DNA of 64,000 bases from an uncultured virus (IMG/VR IMGVR_UViG_3300047170_000110). Its lineage: Duplodnaviria; Heunggongvirae; Uroviricota; Caudoviricetes. The notes beneath the pieces were generated by a model. It ran no database searches. It was given only the letters and a program-made list of their open reading frames with translations, and was not told the DNA's origin. The stretch lies in IMG/VR virus record IMGVR_UViG_3300047170_000110; one strand, written 5' to 3'. Position numbers and translations under genes: made by a program. Below, one piece after another: positions 17,766 through 27,233 of this stretch; the first letter of the stretch is position 1, and every line of letters starts with the position of its first letter.

Positions 17766-18116
17766 ATGAGCGGACCCTACCTTTACCCTGTCAGCTACCA
17801 GATCGAGCATGGCCACTTCAGCAAAGCGGACCTAACCCGTCTGAAACGAGGGGGCTGCGATGCGGTCATCATCCACTCCCTGCTCTATCCGAGAGACGGG
17901 AGCCGCAGCGAACTCATCCTCTCCAGCGATGGGAATGGGAAAGAGATCTCGGACGAAGAGATGTTCAAGAGCTGGATCTCAATGGCCAAGCGGCTGAGCG
18001 AATCCGAAACGCTCCACCCGGGAAAAAGAAATATGGCCGATGTCGTCTTCAACATGATCCGCGATCTCATCCTGATGGAGCGGGAAAAAGACCCGCCTAA
18101 AAACACACCGGCCTGA
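17766..18116 (+). CDS. hypothetical protein
   Basis: ORF followed by hairpin CCGGCCTG...CAGGCCGG. Confidence 0.65.
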   Translation: MSGPYLYPVSYQIEHGHFSKADLTRLKRGGCDAVIIHSLLYPRDGSRSELILSSDGNGKEISDEEMFKSWISMAKRLSESETLHPGKRNMADVVFNMIRDLILMEREKDPPKNTPA

Positions 18117-18140
18117 GAGAGCAAACCCCCAGGCCGGGGC

Positions 18141-18276
18141 AGTTGCTTATCCTAGATGAATCGGGACCGGAGCGTGTGACTCCGGTCCCTCGCGTGTTTC
18201 ATTCCGTCCTGGAGTGACCCGGGACGGCCTGAAGTGTGAGGCCCCACCATAGGGGCGCGTGCATTTGCGCGCAACC
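18141..18276. ncRNA. candidate structured RNA (multi-hairpin intergenic element)
   Basis: Five GC-rich hairpins bracketed by GTTGC/GCAAC. Confidence 0.35.
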
Positions 18277-18425
18277 CAAAAATTAATTCCAATTAACGAA
18301 AATTAACTCTGCACGGTCCTTGTGCAGAATGAAAAGTGCATTATTCTTAGAGGCAGAGACCACACGGTCTCCCATAGGGGCTTACACTGCGGACTTGCCC
18401 CAGCCGCTTACCAAAGGGATAGCAA

Positions 18426-19373
18426 ATGATGGCCTTCGCCCAGCAATTCGTAGTCAGTGTTTTGTCCAATAACAAGGTCGTTCGGGAAGTGAACGACCAT
18501 GAAGAGCGGGTTTGCAACCTGCCGTTCGAGTCCGAGTACAAACTCCGACTTCAGAACAAGACCAGCAAGCGGGCGATGGCAACCGTCGAGATCGACGGGA
18601 TGGACATCAACCCCGGGCGCCGGTTCATTCTCGCGCCGGGAGAGAAGATCGATCTGGAGCGGTTCCTCCTCGACGGGAACCCCAGCGTCGGTCGGAAGTT
18701 CAAGTTCACCTCCTTGGCCCAGGGAGCGGTCACAGGAGAAATCCAAGACCCAACCAGCCCAGATAACGGGAAGGTCCGGGTCACGTTCTACCCCGAAGAG
18801 GAATGGTGGACGACCATCCTATCTACCTTGGGAGGCTGCTCCTGCGGACCCCACCCGCTACACGGTCACAATTTCTTTTTGCATAATCCCATCACCTCGA
18901 CCGATAAGACCTGGGTAGGGGATGCGCCCCACACCCCCTTCTTCGGAGGCGTCCAGTTCAATTCTGTTCCTCAGGACTTCCTCAACGCCCCCAGCTCGGT
19001 CATGAACTGCGCGACCCCGGTCGCGATGGGCGGGACGGTTAGCGGGGAGATCCCTGGGCTAGAACTAGAACGGGAGTCCGGCCAAGCGGGTGCGACCGCC
19101 GAAGGGGGAATCTCCAATCAGAAGTTCCAGGACGTAACGGCAGGCTTCAAAACAGCCGACCCGGTGGTTCTGGAGATCCGCCTGCGGGGCCCTTCTCCAA
19201 AGAAGCCAACCACCTCTTCCCCTTCAGTCAGCTCCCCTTGGAGCGTCAAGGGAACCTACCCGGGAAAACCCGTGAGCGTATTCTATCTGGGAGCACAGCT
19301 CGGAGGCCTGGAAGAGGTGGGATTTGATTCCACCGGGGCGCTCTGTCTCAGGATCCGAAACTACCAGACCTGA
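18426..19373 (+). CDS. hypothetical phage protein
   Basis: 315-aa ORF with VEIDG...LERF...KFKF...NGKVRVTF pattern. Confidence 0.8.
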   Translation: MMAFAQQFVVSVLSNNKVVREVNDHEERVCNLPFESEYKLRLQNKTSKRAMATVEIDGMDINPGRRFILAPGEKIDLERFLLDGNPSVGRKFKFTSLAQGAVTGEIQDPTSPDNGKVRVTFYPEEEWWTTILSTLGGCSCGPHPLHGHNFFLHNPITSTDKTWVGDAPHTPFFGGVQFNSVPQDFLNAPSSVMNCATPVAMGGTVSGEIPGLELERESGQAGATAEGGISNQKFQDVTAGFKTADPVVLEIRLRGPSPKKPTTSSPSVSSPWSVKGTYPGKPVSVFYLGAQLGGLEEVGFDSTGALCLRIRNYQT

Positions 19374-19629
19374 CCAGCTTGAGTTTCTTTGAAGGACGGG
19401 GGATCTCGCGGACCTTTCGGACCGTCGGGGTCCCCGTCGAAAGCTCTTCCATCAGCTCTTCAAACGCCTGGATGCGGCATTGCACCGAAAGGATCACGAT
19501 GGTTCGCTCCTGCTGCGGATCGTGCGCTTGGTCACGAATCAAATCGAGCAGCAGCTCTTTTTCCATCCCAATCTTCTCAAGCAAATACGCAACGATCATG
19601 GCGCAGCTACCTGCAACATCCGTGCAGGA

Positions 19630-21495
19630 TTAAGCGGCTGTCCCCGCATGCACGTACCACGCACCGGCGGCAGGGCTGTAGCTGTAGAGGTTCGGCCGCG
19701 TGGAGGTGAGCGCAGCGGTTGGATTAGCCTGGCTGCTGTTGGTCAGTACGTTGACTCCAGCCAAGTAGTCCGTCTTGAGGGTGGCACCTTGGCCTCCGCC
19801 GTAGATGTAATTCCCAGACTTAGGACTGAGGTTGAGCGTTTGGATGATGCAAGTTCCGGCAAGCGCTACGGACGCATTTCCCGACTGGGATCCAGCCCCG
19901 AAAATGGATTCGAGAATATTGATGTTGGCTCCGCCGAATAAGTTGATGGACCCGGGAGCCCCGGCCCCGCCGGACGATGCCGATCCGCTATTGGACTTCA
20001 AGGTCCCTGAAGGAACCGCACAAAAATCAAAGAACGTGCAGGTTCCACCCGCTCCGCTCACTCCGGCCGAAGCTTCGTCCCCGCCACTGCAATCCACAGA
20101 AGAGCTACACACGAAGGATCCCTTACAGTAGATCGTTCCACCTACTCCACCGTGAGACCCATTTCCTTGCCCACCGTGGAGAGTCAAATCGCCTGCGACT
20201 GTGGCAGTGCCGTAAACGGTAAAATTACCGCCCGTTCCCCCGACGTTACCCGGTTGCGCGCAACCCCCACCCACACCCGTGACCGTACCGGCAACGAGAT
20301 CTCCGTAAACGGTCAGGTTACCCGCGTTACCGCCAGGACCTCCCGACCCTCCTCCCGCATCGTTGCCCCAGAACTGAAGCTCCGGTTCTCCGAGCAGGCT
20401 CCCCTGGACCGTGATGTTTCCGGCGTTTCCCCCGGAGCCATTACTGCCGCTGCCGCCATAGGTGTAGACCTGACCGGAATAGCTGATGAGGTTTCCACCG
20501 ACAGAAATTGACCCACCCGATCCACCTGGACCTGCCGAGGCGGCTCCTGCGAACGTAAACACATTCGGGCAAATCAGATTACCCCCAACTACCAGGGCGC
20601 CACCGTTACCCGCCCCGCTCGTGCCTGCACCTCCGTAAGTGTAGCAGACTTGCGCAAAGCAGTCGCCTCCAACCGTGATGTTTCCACCCGACCCCCCGGC
20701 ACCCGACGATCCCGTATAGTTGCCGCCGTGAGTGACGAGGTTCCCGGCGTTTCCGGAACTGAAATTACCTTTGAAGTCCCCTTGAATGACGATGCTTCCA
20801 CCCAAACCACAAGGGCCCGATCCAGTATCAGTACCGCTCATGTCGATCGTGATTCCGTTTGAGATCACATCCCCACCGACGAAGAATGCCCCGCCGGTAA
20901 ATCCTCCACTCCCCGTAGAGGTGATCGTTCCGTTTCCGATCGGGCAGATGATATTCCCACCGACCGTAAGGTTACCCCCGGCCACATTGTATCCGGTCAG
21001 CGTGATGCTCGCGGCACTCGACAAGCCGGTGTGGAGATCTCCCAAGACGTTAAGCGTGCAAGCGCCTGTGGCAGATGGAGTAGCCTGGAACAACCCCGAG
21101 TAGATAGTGAGATCTCCATAAACGTCAAAGCTAATGGACCCGACAGTCGTCTCTGTCACATCTACCGAGTTGACCAGGCAGTTCCCAAATACCATCACAC
21201 CGGCCAGATCGGTAGCGGCCGTCACGTTCTGTACACTCAAGTCGCCGAAGATTTCCACCGTACCGGAAAGGATGACGCTTCCATCCGAGTAGACGCCGCC
21301 GTAGTAGGTACCCGAAATCGTCCCGCCATCCGGAACGTACGTCCCGGCACCCCCGCCGACCAACTTGTTCGTGCCGCCGCTGCCGATGAAGAGCTGGTTT
21401 GTGTCCGTCGCGTAGCAGAACTGTCCATCCAAGAGGACGGGGATGTTGGCCAGTAATCCGCGCTTATGCTGAACTTGATCTGCTGTAGCTGACAT
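19630..21495 (-). CDS. glycine-rich tail-fibre/adhesin-like virion protein
   Basis: N-terminal QVQHKRG...LLDGQFCYATDTNQLFIG resembles phage fibre N-terminal attachment modules; repeated GGxGGxIxVxGDL units suggest a beta-helix. Confidence 0.7.
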   Translation of the reverse strand: MSATADQVQHKRGLLANIPVLLDGQFCYATDTNQLFIGSGGTNKLVGGGAGTYVPDGGTISGTYYGGVYSDGSVILSGTVEIFGDLSVQNVTAATDLAGVMVFGNCLVNSVDVTETTVGSISFDVYGDLTIYSGLFQATPSATGACTLNVLGDLHTGLSSAASITLTGYNVAGGNLTVGGNIICPIGNGTITSTGSGGFTGGAFFVGGDVISNGITIDMSGTDTGSGPCGLGGSIVIQGDFKGNFSSGNAGNLVTHGGNYTGSSGAGGSGGNITVGGDCFAQVCYTYGGAGTSGAGNGGALVVGGNLICPNVFTFAGAASAGPGGSGGSISVGGNLISYSGQVYTYGGSGSNGSGGNAGNITVQGSLLGEPELQFWGNDAGGGSGGPGGNAGNLTVYGDLVAGTVTGVGGGCAQPGNVGGTGGNFTVYGTATVAGDLTLHGGQGNGSHGGVGGTIYCKGSFVCSSSVDCSGGDEASAGVSGAGGTCTFFDFCAVPSGTLKSNSGSASSGGAGAPGSINLFGGANINILESIFGAGSQSGNASVALAGTCIIQTLNLSPKSGNYIYGGGQGATLKTDYLAGVNVLTNSSQANPTAALTSTRPNLYSYSPAAGAWYVHAGTAA

Positions 21496-21509
21496 GTTCG
21501 TCTCCTAAA

Positions 21510-22106
21510 TTAAAACGTGCCTTCGTCCACAGCGATGCCGCCGTACGAATCCGTGAAGTTGCCTTCGTCCAAAGCCAGGCCGCCAAAGGAATCCGTGAAG
21601 TTGCCCTCATCGAGCTTGAGATTCGCGTGGGTCCCCTGGTTGCCGAAGAAGCAAAAGACCGGCATGAAGTAGTCACCCGTCCCGTCCGGCACCTGGGTGA
21701 ACACGACATTCAAATCGAAATTGGCCGGATTGAAGGACGCGTCCTTCAAGCTCCGGATCAGGAATTTGCATAGGGTGGCGGTGAACGCTTCGATCGTCTG
21801 CGGCCCGGTCGGACCATCGATGTTCGTCGCCCAGCCCTGAGCGACCCAGTCGGAGAACTTAGATTGGTAGGTGAGGCTCGAACCAATATCGATCGCGCAG
21901 TCATTGGTGAAGGTGACGCGCCATCCGTAAAGGTAGTCGGCCGGGGCGGGCGTAGTGGGACCGTATCCGGCACCGGCCAGCGCCTGCGGGTAGATCAGAA
22001 AAGTCTGGGTCGGCTCCGCGAAGAGATTGGCACGCTCGACCGTGTAGGGGCCGTCGCCGTTGACGATCCAATATTCCTGCTCAAGATTTTTCCACCTGAC
22101 GTTCAT
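21510..22106 (-). CDS. putative virion protein with C-terminal DEG(N/T)F repeats
   Basis: Ends LDEGNFTDSFGG-LALDEGNFTDSYGG-IAVDEGTF; directly upstream of the fibre gene. Confidence 0.7.
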   Translation of the reverse strand: MNVRWKNLEQEYWIVNGDGPYTVERANLFAEPTQTFLIYPQALAGAGYGPTTPAPADYLYGWRVTFTNDCAIDIGSSLTYQSKFSDWVAQGWATNIDGPTGPQTIEAFTATLCKFLIRSLKDASFNPANFDLNVVFTQVPDGTGDYFMPVFCFFGNQGTHANLKLDEGNFTDSFGGLALDEGNFTDSYGGIAVDEGTF

Positions 22107-22123
22107 TACCTATAAAATAACTC
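22107..22123 (-). promoter_or_regulatory. GTTATTTTA variant of the putative late/leaderless promoter
   Basis: GAGTTATTTTATAGGTA-ATG; resembles the copies at 56021, 58536, 58562 and 62728. Confidence 0.5.
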
Positions 22124-22219
22124 AGCCCCAGGCGTTACTTGAGCGGGCGTCCACCGAGACTCTCCGGGTACTCAAACGGCTCCATGTAGCGAAGCTGGGC
22201 AAAACCACGCAGCTCGACT

Positions 22220-22681
22220 TCATTCCTCCCGTCGAACTCCCCCATCTTGAAGGACTTGAGCGCCCGCCAACTCTTCGGCAGGATCTTGATGACGAGCAGG
22301 AAGTACGGGGGCCGGATGAGGAACCGGTCCACTCGGAGGATCTGACCCGTTTTGAGCCGCGCCTTTTTCATTCCGATCCTCCTTGATCCGCTGACGTTTC
22401 TTCGCGAGAAGCTTGTTGGCCGCATGCCGGTACTGGTTGGGCAGCTGGTAGACCGTCACGAGCACGATCCCCTTGAAGATCCAAATCTTCTCGGCAAACA
22501 CCCGCACCTCATCCGCGTCACCGGCATAATACAGTTTGGTCAGGTATCGATGCAGGGATCCGGAGACATCCGGGATCCGGAGGCCTTCGTCAAACGCAAG
22601 CCGGGCCACCCGGTCGGTCGCCCGGTGGTTGAGCTTTATCCGCTCCCGCGAGCGCTTGTACGCATGCCGGGTGATCCGCAT
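22220..22681 (-). CDS. hypothetical protein (ITRHAYKR N-terminus, possible RNase-toxin-like fold)
   Basis: MRITRHAYKRSRER...IVLVTVY. Confidence 0.55.
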   Translation of the reverse strand: MRITRHAYKRSRERIKLNHRATDRVARLAFDEGLRIPDVSGSLHRYLTKLYYAGDADEVRVFAEKIWIFKGIVLVTVYQLPNQYRHAANKLLAKKRQRIKEDRNEKGAAQNGSDPPSGPVPHPAPVLPARHQDPAEELAGAQVLQDGGVRREE

Positions 22682-22969
22682 GCATGGCTTTTACTGAAAG
22701 CTCAACGGTTCTTCCGCCGCGCGGCCTTCTGGGCTTTACGCTTCGTCCGGCGGCTCTTCGAGGCGGCCTTGTCACCCGGAGCAGCGCGGTTCACCCAGGG
22801 TGGAATCCGTCCGGCGAAACGATCCATCCCATCCCCCGTACCCATTCCCAGGCCACCCAGAAGTGCCGCCGCTGCCGCCAAGGTCACCCGATCCATCAAC
22901 GAAGATTTTGCCATGGGAAGCTTTTACCAATCTTGCCAAGCCGCCCCCGTCCGGGTAACGCTGTGGGAG

Positions 22970-23545
22970 ATGAAAAAAGTAAAACCCTCCAAACCTAACC
23001 TCCCGAGCGCGGCTCAAAGAAATCTGACAGGGCTAGTCTACTACTGGCCTACTGTGGGGAGGTTTGTGATCTACGAAGCGGGGGGAGTTCGGATCTACGA
23101 CCGGACCACGATCATGCGGCACAACTTCCGTCCCAAGTCCGTCTGCGTGGCGGGAGAACTGACACGCGCTATCGCGGAAGTTCACTCGAATCCCTTCGCC
23201 GTTTTCCTCGGCACAGTCGAAAACTTCGGAGCCTACTCGATCAACGGGATGGGAGAGTACAGGAAACTCCGCACGCGCGAGATCAAAGAGCTGATGGCCT
23301 TGCTGGAGCAGAACATCTCGAAGATCCAGACGAAGGGTCCAGTCAAGGTGAAGGAATTCAATCTCACTTTCGAGCACAAGGGCTACGAGTTCGAAGTCGA
23401 GAGCTACGTGGACCGCAAAACTTTTCTCTCTCAATGCCCAGAGTTTAAAAAATTCAAGCCCAAACGGACTCGGGTGTCGGAGTATTGGATCGAGCGCAAG
23501 AAGCTCAAGCCCGAGATGACGGTCGTGAAGACCAAGGTGATCTAG
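22970..23545 (+). CDS. hypothetical protein
   Basis: MKKVKP start, host-like codon usage. Confidence 0.7.
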   Translation: MKKVKPSKPNLPSAAQRNLTGLVYYWPTVGRFVIYEAGGVRIYDRTTIMRHNFRPKSVCVAGELTRAIAEVHSNPFAVFLGTVENFGAYSINGMGEYRKLRTREIKELMALLEQNISKIQTKGPVKVKEFNLTFEHKGYEFEVESYVDRKTFLSQCPEFKKFKPKRTRVSEYWIERKKLKPEMTVVKTKVI

Positions 23546-23719
23546 TCACTCACCACCATCTCTGTCTGGTATCTCATAGGGGTCTCGGGATCGAACTCAA
23601 ACCAACTCCCGTTAAGTTTCCACCAGCGTTGTGCTTGAGGGACGCTGCTGAAGACCAGCTGGATGGGCTCGCCCATAAACGATCCGTTGATTTTCATTCT
23701 AGTTCTCATTTCCTATTCC

Positions 23720-24013
23720 CTAGTCGATCCGGTTGAAGTGCTCGACAATTTTATTTTTGAGCCACGCCTGGTGCTCGGCATCCCCATGCTTGATGGCGTT
23801 GAATAGTTTTTCTACCTGCCGGTTTCTCTGAGCCAACCGGACGGATCTCTCCCATCCCAAAATCTTGAGGAGATCCTCCACTTCGTCCTGGGACGCATGA
23901 GAGATCAGCCCCAGAGTAGCCAACTGAACGGTCATGCTGTGCGAAGTCCACTGGCGCTCCAGATAGTTTTTCACCTGCTCTACTGAGAGTGTCTTATACC
24001 CGGGTGCGGACAT
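23720..24013 (-). CDS. hypothetical protein
   Basis: C-terminal LFNAIKHGDAEHQAWLK. Confidence 0.6.
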   Translation of the reverse strand: MSAPGYKTLSVEQVKNYLERQWTSHSMTVQLATLGLISHASQDEVEDLLKILGWERSVRLAQRNRQVEKLFNAIKHGDAEHQAWLKNKIVEHFNRID

Positions 24014-24253
24014 AGGGACCTACCTCTTCTGGCGTCTGGGGCTCGCGGATTTTGTACCAGGCACCGAAGCGGGAGCCATCATCTTCCCACTCGTAGTTCC
24101 GATGCATGAGGAACATCTTGCCATTGTGGGGCCTGCACCAGCAACCCAGGCCGGACACGTGGTGATTCCAAAGCTTCTTGTACGAGATGGCGATACCGTG
24201 AAGCAACTCGACCTGAACGATCGGGGGGCCTTCCGATCCCTCCTCCGCGTCAC

Positions 24254-24760
24254 TCAGACGAGGTACTCCTGAAGGACCTGCGGCGCCTGGTAGAGCGGAT
24301 GGATCGGTTGCTGCTTGAGCGTCGTCTTGATGCACTTGAGCCTATAACCTTTCTGGCGGAGCATCTGGGTGACAAGGAAGCTCTGACCCCAGAGATCGCC
24401 ATCATTCCCCCAGGCGCAGACCAGATTGCCTTGGGATAGCTCGGCCGCTTCCAAGATGTGCATCGTATTGAGCGGTCCGATCGGTGGGGTGGCCTGCTGC
24501 TTCAGGATCTTCGGAGACTTCGTGCGGAAGGCGAACAGGTTCACGACGATCAGACCGTCGAAGCCCCACGACTTCGCCATCCGGATGCAGCTCTTGATCG
24601 TGTTGTCGTCCACCGTCTCACTTGCGGTACTTGGATTGAGCATGATGAACGTGACGAACTTCTTGCCCGTACCCCAGACGCGCCAGAGCAGGTAGCGGTA
24701 TTTCTGTGTCTCGTCAAAGACCGCTCCGTTCTGCGACAAATCACGCGCCATCGTCTTCAT
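24254..24760 (-). CDS. DUF1643-family protein
   Basis: YRYLLWRVW, FIMLNPSTA, DDNTI, VVNLFA, CAWG, HPLY motifs. Confidence 0.9.
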   Translation of the reverse strand: MKTMARDLSQNGAVFDETQKYRYLLWRVWGTGKKFVTFIMLNPSTASETVDDNTIKSCIRMAKSWGFDGLIVVNLFAFRTKSPKILKQQATPPIGPLNTMHILEAAELSQGNLVCAWGNDGDLWGQSFLVTQMLRQKGYRLKCIKTTLKQQPIHPLYQAPQVLQEYLV

Positions 24761-24939
24761 TCTCTTTCTGGATGTTGGATCCGAACTTGGCCTTCCGGAC
24801 ATCGAACTTCGAGCGGAACATCTCCCGCATCCGACCCACCTTCTCGCTCGAAATAACTCCCGGCGCGAACCGGATGCCCTCCGGGAAGCAGACGTGCGAC
24901 GAAACATCGCACCTCTGACAATCCGTCCCCGAAACGCTT

Positions 24940-25692
24940 TTAAACTCCCGCTGTCCCATCCGAACCCCCCGGTTTCATCCCAAGCAGATCCGCCAGGGCT
25001 TCCAGTTTCATCGACTTCTCCGCGTCGATCGCGGCGCCGTCAAAGTAGAATCGCATCTGCTCGGACATGATCTCCGCGTCCGCAAGCTCCGTGATGACCG
25101 TCTGGATCGTCCGGACCTTGCCGTTCACATGGCGGCATAAAGCCGCTGCCGCTTCCGAGAATTCCTCGGCCGCCACGAGCACCTGAGAAGTCTCCCCTTT
25201 GATCTCCTTGGCCGCCGCGTAGATCTTGTTCCGTTCCCGGAGCCCCATCGGCTCACACGAGTAACAGTGATCCGCTTTCCAAACCCCGTGCTGGCACCGA
25301 ACGGCTTCTTCGATCAAGATCGGTTCGGCGAGCAACCGTCTGGCTTCGCAGAAGTAGCAGAGCTTCTCGTTCGAGATGCATTCGCATTCGGTATCGCCTC
25401 CGCAAGTCTCGTAGTCCTTGCGGATGAAATCCTGAAGAGCTTTGATCTGGTCCTGCGCGGTCCGGGCTTCCACCCGCTCGGGATTCTCCAGCTTCGGGGA
25501 CTTGGGCTCGATGTTCTCCCTAGCGTACTGGTTCAGCTCTTCCCAACGCTGCTGGGTGTACGGGCCGTAGGCCGTAAGCCTCGCCACGTTGATGAGGCCC
25601 TTGCGGAGCTTGTCGGCCCGCTCCCGCCAGTGCTTCATGTCCATTTCCAAATCGCCCAATGCCCGGGCGCAAGTCGGATTGTCACAGCTCAT
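24940..25692 (-). CDS. hypothetical protein with C-terminal MazG-like domain
   Basis: EEFSE...ITELADAEIMSEQM. Confidence 0.65.
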   Translation of the reverse strand: MSCDNPTCARALGDLEMDMKHWRERADKLRKGLINVARLTAYGPYTQQRWEELNQYARENIEPKSPKLENPERVEARTAQDQIKALQDFIRKDYETCGGDTECECISNEKLCYFCEARRLLAEPILIEEAVRCQHGVWKADHCYSCEPMGLRERNKIYAAAKEIKGETSQVLVAAEEFSEAAAALCRHVNGKVRTIQTVITELADAEIMSEQMRFYFDGAAIDAEKSMKLEALADLLGMKPGGSDGTAGV

Positions 25693-26300
25693 CTCTTTTC
25701 CTTCGCTCCACTAAATTGTTTCCGCAATTCCTTCGCGTAATCCGTCAGCTGATCTGCGCACTGCCATGCGCCCGCCTCGTGAGCGCACGCCGCCTCGAAC
25801 TTCTCAGTCGTCTTGGCCGACGCGCCCATCTGTTTGTAATGCAGACGTTGCTCGTGACAGATCGCCGCCGTCTCTTCGACCTGACGGATTCGGACCCGAG
25901 CGATCTCTTCGCTCGGCACCACCAGGATCACCCGGCTCCCCTTCTCGATCTGCACGGGGCGTTTCTTAAACGCGGTCACCTGAACCGGCCCCCTCTTGCC
26001 AATCTCCACCCAGTAGGGCGTGGCGGGCTTGGCGAACTGCTTGCAGAACTTCCGCTGCATCTGCTCGATCGTGCCTTTGCTCTTCCGAGCCTGATGGTCC
26101 GACCAGAGCTGGAGGAACAGCTCGGACATCAGGGCAACTTCAACGGCCTGCGTGTCGGTCATCCGCTTCGGGACCTCCCCCCAGTTGCAGTAAGCCTTCG
26201 CCAGTTCCACCAGATCACACGTCTGTTGGCCCTTTTTTAAATAAGTCGCCGTGCTGCCGCGAAGCTTTTTGCCTTCAGCTTTTGCCTTTGCCATCCCCAC
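25689..26300 (-). CDS. hypothetical protein
   Basis: GAGG RBS, coupled to the downstream gene. Confidence 0.7.
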   Translation of the reverse strand: MGMAKAKAEGKKLRGSTATYLKKGQQTCDLVELAKAYCNWGEVPKRMTDTQAVEVALMSELFLQLWSDHQARKSKGTIEQMQRKFCKQFAKPATPYWVEIGKRGPVQVTAFKKRPVQIEKGSRVILVVPSEEIARVRIRQVEETAAICHEQRLHYKQMGASAKTTEKFEAACAHEAGAWQCADQLTDYAKELRKQFSGAKEKR

Positions 26301-26359
26301 ACCTCAATTCATTTGTCGTAACGCGTAACGACTGGCCTACCCCGGAGCACGCCGCATTG

Positions 26360-26656
26360 TCAAAGACCAACCCCGTCTTCGGCCGGGAAGAGCTGGCCGT
26401 TGGAAATAAAATTACGCGCATGCAGAGCGGCTTCGCCTTCCAACTTCTGCCAGCTTAACAATCTGAAGATCCTTTCAGGAATGACAAATCCCAACCTCCG
26501 GTCTTCACGAGCCGCAGCGAGTTCCTCCGCTCGCTTCTTCGCCATCCACACGATCGGGTGCGTCTCCAAGATGATCTCGTGGAAGTTCCACTTCCCCTCT
26601 TCGAACCCGTTCCCCTCCTGCTGCTGTGCATACGACACAAAATACAAGTGATCCAT
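26360..26656 (-). CDS. hypothetical protein
   Basis: GAGGTGG RBS before MDHLYF. Confidence 0.65.
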   Translation of the reverse strand: MDHLYFVSYAQQQEGNGFEEGKWNFHEIILETHPIVWMAKKRAEELAAAREDRRLGFVIPERIFRLLSWQKLEGEAALHARNFISNGQLFPAEDGVGL

Positions 26657-26715
26657 CGTTCCACCTCTCGCTCTCTTCACAGTGTTTACTAATTTCAATT
26701 ACACAAAATTAAAAC

Positions 26716-27225
26716 GCTCGGTTGAAATGCCCTGCCACTTCCCTTAGCGTGGGCAGTTCACCGAGCTGGAGTCGAGGTCGCTTCCCCACAAGGAAGCCCC
26801 TCGCCTCTCATCCCGGCGAGCAGGGTTTGAACCTCACCTGTCCAACTCAGGTTCATGCTGTAACCGGAGGGGAGACCCGCCGGGGGACCCGCGTTCCCGA
26901 AGAAGTCTTTCCAGAAACGTGTTTGAGTTCCTGACGAACGAGTACCCTCATCCCCTCAGGGATGGGGCGAGGGGTCCGACGGGGTTCAAGAGGGCCTGAA
27001 CCCCTCAGAGTAAAAGGGCTGATGACCCTTTGATTTAGTCTTGATGCTGGTACGAAGAACTGTAGCGCTTCGATTTTAAGGGAGAGTTTTACTGAGCCCC
27101 CGGGTGTGAAGTCCGGAGGTTGATTAGCTCTCTCCCTACAGTAAAGGGATTGGATCTTCATTTGGTTTACCGATACCTGAGCTGTGGAAACGGCACCCCT
27201 GCGGGGGTGGGGGCTTCCCAGTAAG
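26716..27225. ncRNA. candidate large structured non-coding RNA or origin (~500 nt)
   Basis: About ten stem-loops, no convincing ORF, longest non-coding gap in the window. Confidence 0.45.
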
Positions 27226-27233
27226 TAAGGGGA

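Noticed and set aside
27019..27060. Hammerhead ribozyme suggested by CTGATGA
   Set aside because: The heptamer is a hairpin loop with no stem II followed by GAAA.
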